DNA of 64,000 nt, from the sequence record MF327009; one strand, written 5' to 3'. Below the pieces are notes generated by a model, which saw only the letters and a list, made by a program, of their open reading frames with translations, ran no database searches and was not told the DNA's origin. Below, piece after piece: positions 60,124-64,000 of this stretch; position 1 is the first letter of the stretch; each line of letters starts with the position of its first letter. This DNA is from Shigella phage Sf25. A program made the translations under genes and the position numbers.

Positions 60124-60648
60124 TTAAAGCAAATTAAACATTTTAACGGTCGGCAAAACAATTTCTTCTTCTATATAAGAGTATTTAACACTCTCAACTA
60201 CACGCAAGAAATCATAGTCATAATATTCAGAAGCATGACCAAGAATATCAATAAGGCCTTCAAATATCTTATTACCATTCACAAAGAATAAGTCAAATAC
60301 ACGTTCTTCATCTTCTTCGGATTTATTACCAAGGTCAACTTCTATATCAAAGACCTTTTTAATGAATTCTGGATAAAGTTGTTCTGAGAACAGTCCTTCA
60401 ACCAAGTATTCATAAATAAAAAGCGATTGCTCGCTGAACAAGCCATTACCACAATAACGTTCAGCTTTAGTACTAGAATGTCTGCTTTTAAACTTCTTTA
60501 AAAGATATTGGAACTGTAAGATTTCATGCTCTTCTACGCCAAACAGTGTTTTAGTTTTATAGTTGTCACCATCATTTTCCCAGGTAGTGACATCAATTAC
60601 GTAACCCTGCGGAATTGTAGTACCTAAACAAATATTCATTTTCACCAC
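60124..60648 (-). CDS. hypothetical protein (174 aa)
   Basis: Minus-strand ORF upstream of the tRNA cluster. Confidence 0.45.
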   Translation of the reverse strand: MVKMNICLGTTIPQGYVIDVTTWENDGDNYKTKTLFGVEEHEILQFQYLLKKFKSRHSSTKAERYCGNGLFSEQSLFIYEYLVEGLFSEQLYPEFIKKVFDIEVDLGNKSEEDEERVFDLFFVNGNKIFEGLIDILGHASEYYDYDFLRVVESVKYSYIEEEIVLPTVKMFNLL

Positions 60649-60932
60649 GCTGCATTAATATAAGTATATTTAATACATTCAAGACTTAAAGGATTCTTGA
60701 AAATATCATATTCAAGAGGACCTTTTTCTGTTTCAATAAAGAAATCAAAATTTACTGTATTAAATTTACGGTCTTCCTTCACTAATTTAACCTGAGAAGA
60801 TGAACGGTCAATGTAAACCTTTTCAACTTCAAAACATGTTAAAATGCCATAATCATCAATCAAGGCTTTAGCTGCTTCTTGATCATATTTATATCCATTT
60901 TCAATGGACGATACTTTAGCATAAAGAATCAT
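60642..60932 (-). CDS. hypothetical protein (96 aa)
   Basis: Minus-strand ORF. Confidence 0.4.
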   Translation of the reverse strand: MILYAKVSSIENGYKYDQEAAKALIDDYGILTCFEVEKVYIDRSSSQVKLVKEDRKFNTVNFDFFIETEKGPLEYDIFKNPLSLECIKYTYINAAW

Positions 60933-60934
60933 TA

Positions 60935-61354
60935 TTACCCTTCATCAACAATAGTATGAGTGTGGGCATTTACAATTTGCCACCAATCAAAGCGATTAGA
61001 ACCATACATCGGTTTGTTTTCATTTTCTTTGATAATATCACGAAGTTCATCTTCGGTAGCGGCTTTCGCGATTAAATCAGCATATCCACCGCGAGGATAA
61101 TAATTATCACCTGCAAAAAGTAAAAAGTTCGGTTTAATGTTATTGAACTCTTCAAGAGTAATAACCTTTCCTGACGGTTGAACAATCTCTACATATTTAT
61201 ATCCCAATTTTTGAGCAGCATCTACTGCTTCAAGCAAAGTATCATGAGCCCATCCAATTTGACAACCTGGCTTTTCAGATGGATTAGCCTGATAATCCGC
61301 ATACACTTTGTACATTCTATTCACCTTTAGAAATTTTATCCATAACGATAGCAA
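60935..61354 (-). CDS. hypothetical protein (139 aa)
   Basis: Minus-strand ORF. Confidence 0.45.
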   Translation of the reverse strand: MLSLWIKFLKVNRMYKVYADYQANPSEKPGCQIGWAHDTLLEAVDAAQKLGYKYVEIVQPSGKVITLEEFNNIKPNFLLFAGDNYYPRGGYADLIAKAATEDELRDIIKENENKPMYGSNRFDWWQIVNAHTHTIVDEG

Positions 61355-61562
61355 TTAAACCAATTAAAAATGCTACTACAAGTGAAAATACATTTTCTGC
61401 TGTAGTTAATAATCCGCATATAAATCCAACAAACATTGAAAAACTAAAAGCGGAAGCAGAAATTGCAATAGCAACATTTCGAATTAATTCACAACGTTTC
61501 ATTTTATTCTCCTCAGTAGTTGATAGGGTAATAGTATCACTACTAAAACCCCGTGTAAACAA
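61317..61562 (-). CDS. small membrane protein (81 aa)
   Basis: Hydrophobic C-terminal half. Confidence 0.4.
   Translation of the reverse strand: MFTRGFSSDTITLSTTEENKMKRCELIRNVAIAISASAFSFSMFVGFICGLLTTAENVFSLVVAFLIGLIAIVMDKISKGE
61528..61562 (-). promoter_or_regulatory. T4-type early promoter
   Basis: gtaaac at 61556-61561 on plus strand; near-duplicate of the promoter at 61860-61892. Confidence 0.45.
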
Positions 61563-61572
61563 CTTTGTGAAA

Positions 61573-61830
61573 TTATTTTAAATCTTCTAATCGTTTCTTC
61601 ATCTTAGAACCATTTTTAGCGATTTCTCCTGCGTCAGAGCATAATGCTAAAAGTGCTTTAACTTTAGTTTGGTCTCCTTTAAAAGACGAAGGATCGACTG
61701 CAGCAGCAAGTTCTTTAATACGAGAGAAAAGACGCTCAGCTTCGGCTAAAGCCATTCCAAGCTTTACTTCCATACCATGAGAAGATTCAGTGATAATAGT
61801 TTCTGTAGCAAACTCTTTATAAGTTTTCAT
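61573..61830 (-). CDS. internal-protein-like protein with CTS leader (ipI-locus position)
   Basis: N-terminus MKTYKEFATETIITES; located just upstream of 57B where T4 has ipI. Confidence 0.5.
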   Translation of the reverse strand: MKTYKEFATETIITESSHGMEVKLGMALAEAERLFSRIKELAAAVDPSSFKGDQTKVKALLALCSDAGEIAKNGSKMKKRLEDLK

Positions 61831-61859
61831 TTTATTTTTCCTAATTAATTTTGATGAGG

Positions 61860-61892
61860 TAATAGTATCACTACCTCATCAGTGTGTAAACA
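61860..61892 (-). promoter_or_regulatory. T4-type early promoter
   Basis: gtaaac at 61886-61891 on plus strand. Confidence 0.45.
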
Positions 61893-61903
61893 ACTTTGTG
61901 AAA

Positions 61904-62600
<697 letters not shown>

Positions 62601-62601
<1 letters not shown>

Positions 62602-63314
62602 TATAGTACCTTTAGTGTATTTTTAATTTTAGAAAAAAGTTCTTCAAGAGAACCATCGTTTGTAATTACTAAATCGCCATCACGAATTGGCAATCCAGCT
62701 TCTGTAATATGTGTATCATTGGATTTTTGACCAGGACGAACTACATGAATTACTGTAGCACCCATCGCCCTAGCCGCATCCATTTCATGATCTTGACGAG
62801 TATCAGGAACGATATAATAATCATAACCTGAGTTAAATTTATCAAGATAATCTAAAGCAAATAATTTTACCCAGTACATGCGGTCGAAGTTATTAACAAT
62901 CAAATCCGTACCTAGGGCTTGCATCAGACGACGGACTGACCATTGATCTTCAATATTATTTATAACGTCAGCAATCTTGTTAAATGCTACGAAATTAACT
63001 GCGTCATCAAAAACAAACACACCTTTAATTGGGCTTTTACTATTAAGATAGCAAAATGCTTGTTCCATAATCGTAATTACTTCTAATTTAGTCAGATTTA
63101 AATTAGTTTCACGATCATAGTCAATTCCTTCAAACTCTTTACGAGTTAAACAAGGATAGTCAGTGTTTGCTGCAAATACACCCCATGCATAAGCCAATGC
63201 ATCCTTAATAGGACCAGCAAGTTGATATTTAACTGCAGAATAATTATTCATAATAAAATCTGCAGTAGTATCTTTTCCACTACGCTTTACACCACTTAAA
63301 AAGATTAGTTTCAT
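62601..63314 (-). CDS. 1: deoxynucleoside monophosphate kinase gp1
   Basis: 237 aa; P-loop GVKRSGKDT; N-terminus MKLIFLSGVKRSGKDTTADFIM as T4 gp1. Confidence 0.85.
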
Positions 63315-63363
63315 ATGTTTCTCCTCAAATTTAGTTAAGATTATAACACATGAAACTGAAGCA

Positions 63364-63894
63364 TTAAACTTCTGCTATAATTTTTCCATCTTTTTCTACT
63401 TGAAAATACGTATAAGGAATCGTTGCTGTGCATACTAAGGCTGGGTCTGAATCTTCTGTGTAGCTAAATTCTACTTCAGACAGGTCAGAAACCCAAGGCT
63501 TATAAAAATTTATTGACATCACGATTTCAGTTTTACTATTATCTAAAATGTAAAGCGTAATGTATTCAGGACCTGTTTTTTGGGCAGTATTTTCGCCTGT
63601 AAGATAGTTACTAGTTCCTAGCATCCATTCATACATTCCTATCCATGACTTAAGCTCTTCATCAACTATAAATCTCACGATGAGTGGGTCGTACTCAAAT
63701 GTAACACCTGGACGTTGTGCTCGGCCTAGTCCAAACGGCCCAGTCACGGTATCAGTAACAGGTATCCTAATTCCCGGAATAGGAACTGACTGAGCATTTA
63801 AAGTAAAAGCAGATGTAGTATTACTATGCGGTATTGATACTACAAAGTTAGTTGTATTTGCTTGGTTAAAAATTTGTTGTAGTGCTTGCGACAT
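63364..63894 (-). CDS. 3: tail completion/sheath stabiliser gp3
   Basis: Start taken at MSQALQQIF (176 aa as T4 gp3); the longer ORF to 63975 probably over-extends. Confidence 0.6.
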   Translation of the reverse strand: MSQALQQIFNQANTTNFVVSIPHSNTTSAFTLNAQSVPIPGIRIPVTDTVTGPFGLGRAQRPGVTFEYDPLIVRFIVDEELKSWIGMYEWMLGTSNYLTGENTAQKTGPEYITLYILDNSKTEIVMSINFYKPWVSDLSEVEFSYTEDSDPALVCTATIPYTYFQVEKDGKIIAEV

Positions 63895-64000
63895 ATATTC
63901 CTCATAATGCTTCATAAATGTTGGTGGTATAATGGGTCTAAGTCCCTTCCATTCAATTCCAATTAGAACAAACAATAGAAAAGAATGGAAGATAATAGAA

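Noticed and set aside
60124-60648. Short internal repeat GLFSEQ...GLFSEQ in the 174-aa protein, checked as a possible ninth tandem duplication
   Set aside because: The DNA of the two copies differs, so this is ordinary protein-level repetition, not a perfect duplication.

Overview
This window is a contiguous segment of a T-even (T4-like) myophage genome in the same orientation as the T4 reference early region. Almost every gene is on the minus strand, in T4 order: Mod-type ADP-ribosyltransferases, soc, 56, dam, 61, sp, dmd, 41, 40, uvsX, a glucosyltransferase, 42, imm, 43, regA, 62, 44, 45, rpbA, 46, 47, alpha-gt, 55, nrdH, nrdG, nrdD, 49, nrdC, a block of small unknown genes, rI, tk, regB, internal proteins, lysozyme e, nudE, a tRNA cluster, 57B, 57A, 1 and 3. 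Identification rests on reading the translated ORFs (for example the lysozyme is near-identical to T4 lysozyme as I recall it) and on recurring GTTTAC-N17/18-TATAAT early promoters, TATAAATA late promoters and UUCG-loop hairpin terminators on the minus strand. It is not T4 itself: nrdD is uninterrupted by an intron, the beta-gt locus holds a different glycosyltransferase, the tRNA cluster includes Tyr and Asn, and no denV is found at its usual site. Superimposed on this are at least eight perfect tandem duplications (114-249 bp) and two deletion-like lesions that disrupt essential genes (56, 62) and fuse two tRNA genes, so the sequence as given is unlikely to be a viable wild-type genome and is probably an assembly artefact or an altered construct. 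No CRISPR array, integrase or transposase was seen. I could not identify a single unambiguous novel system; the candidates I rank highest are three adjacent coiled-coil-tailed genes each carrying an in-frame 249-bp duplication, a nucleotidyltransferase/P-loop ATPase pair, a nuclease-like gene start-stop-overlapped with dam, and a plus-strand small membrane ORF. All names come from memory of T4 proteins and motif reading; no database search was possible.
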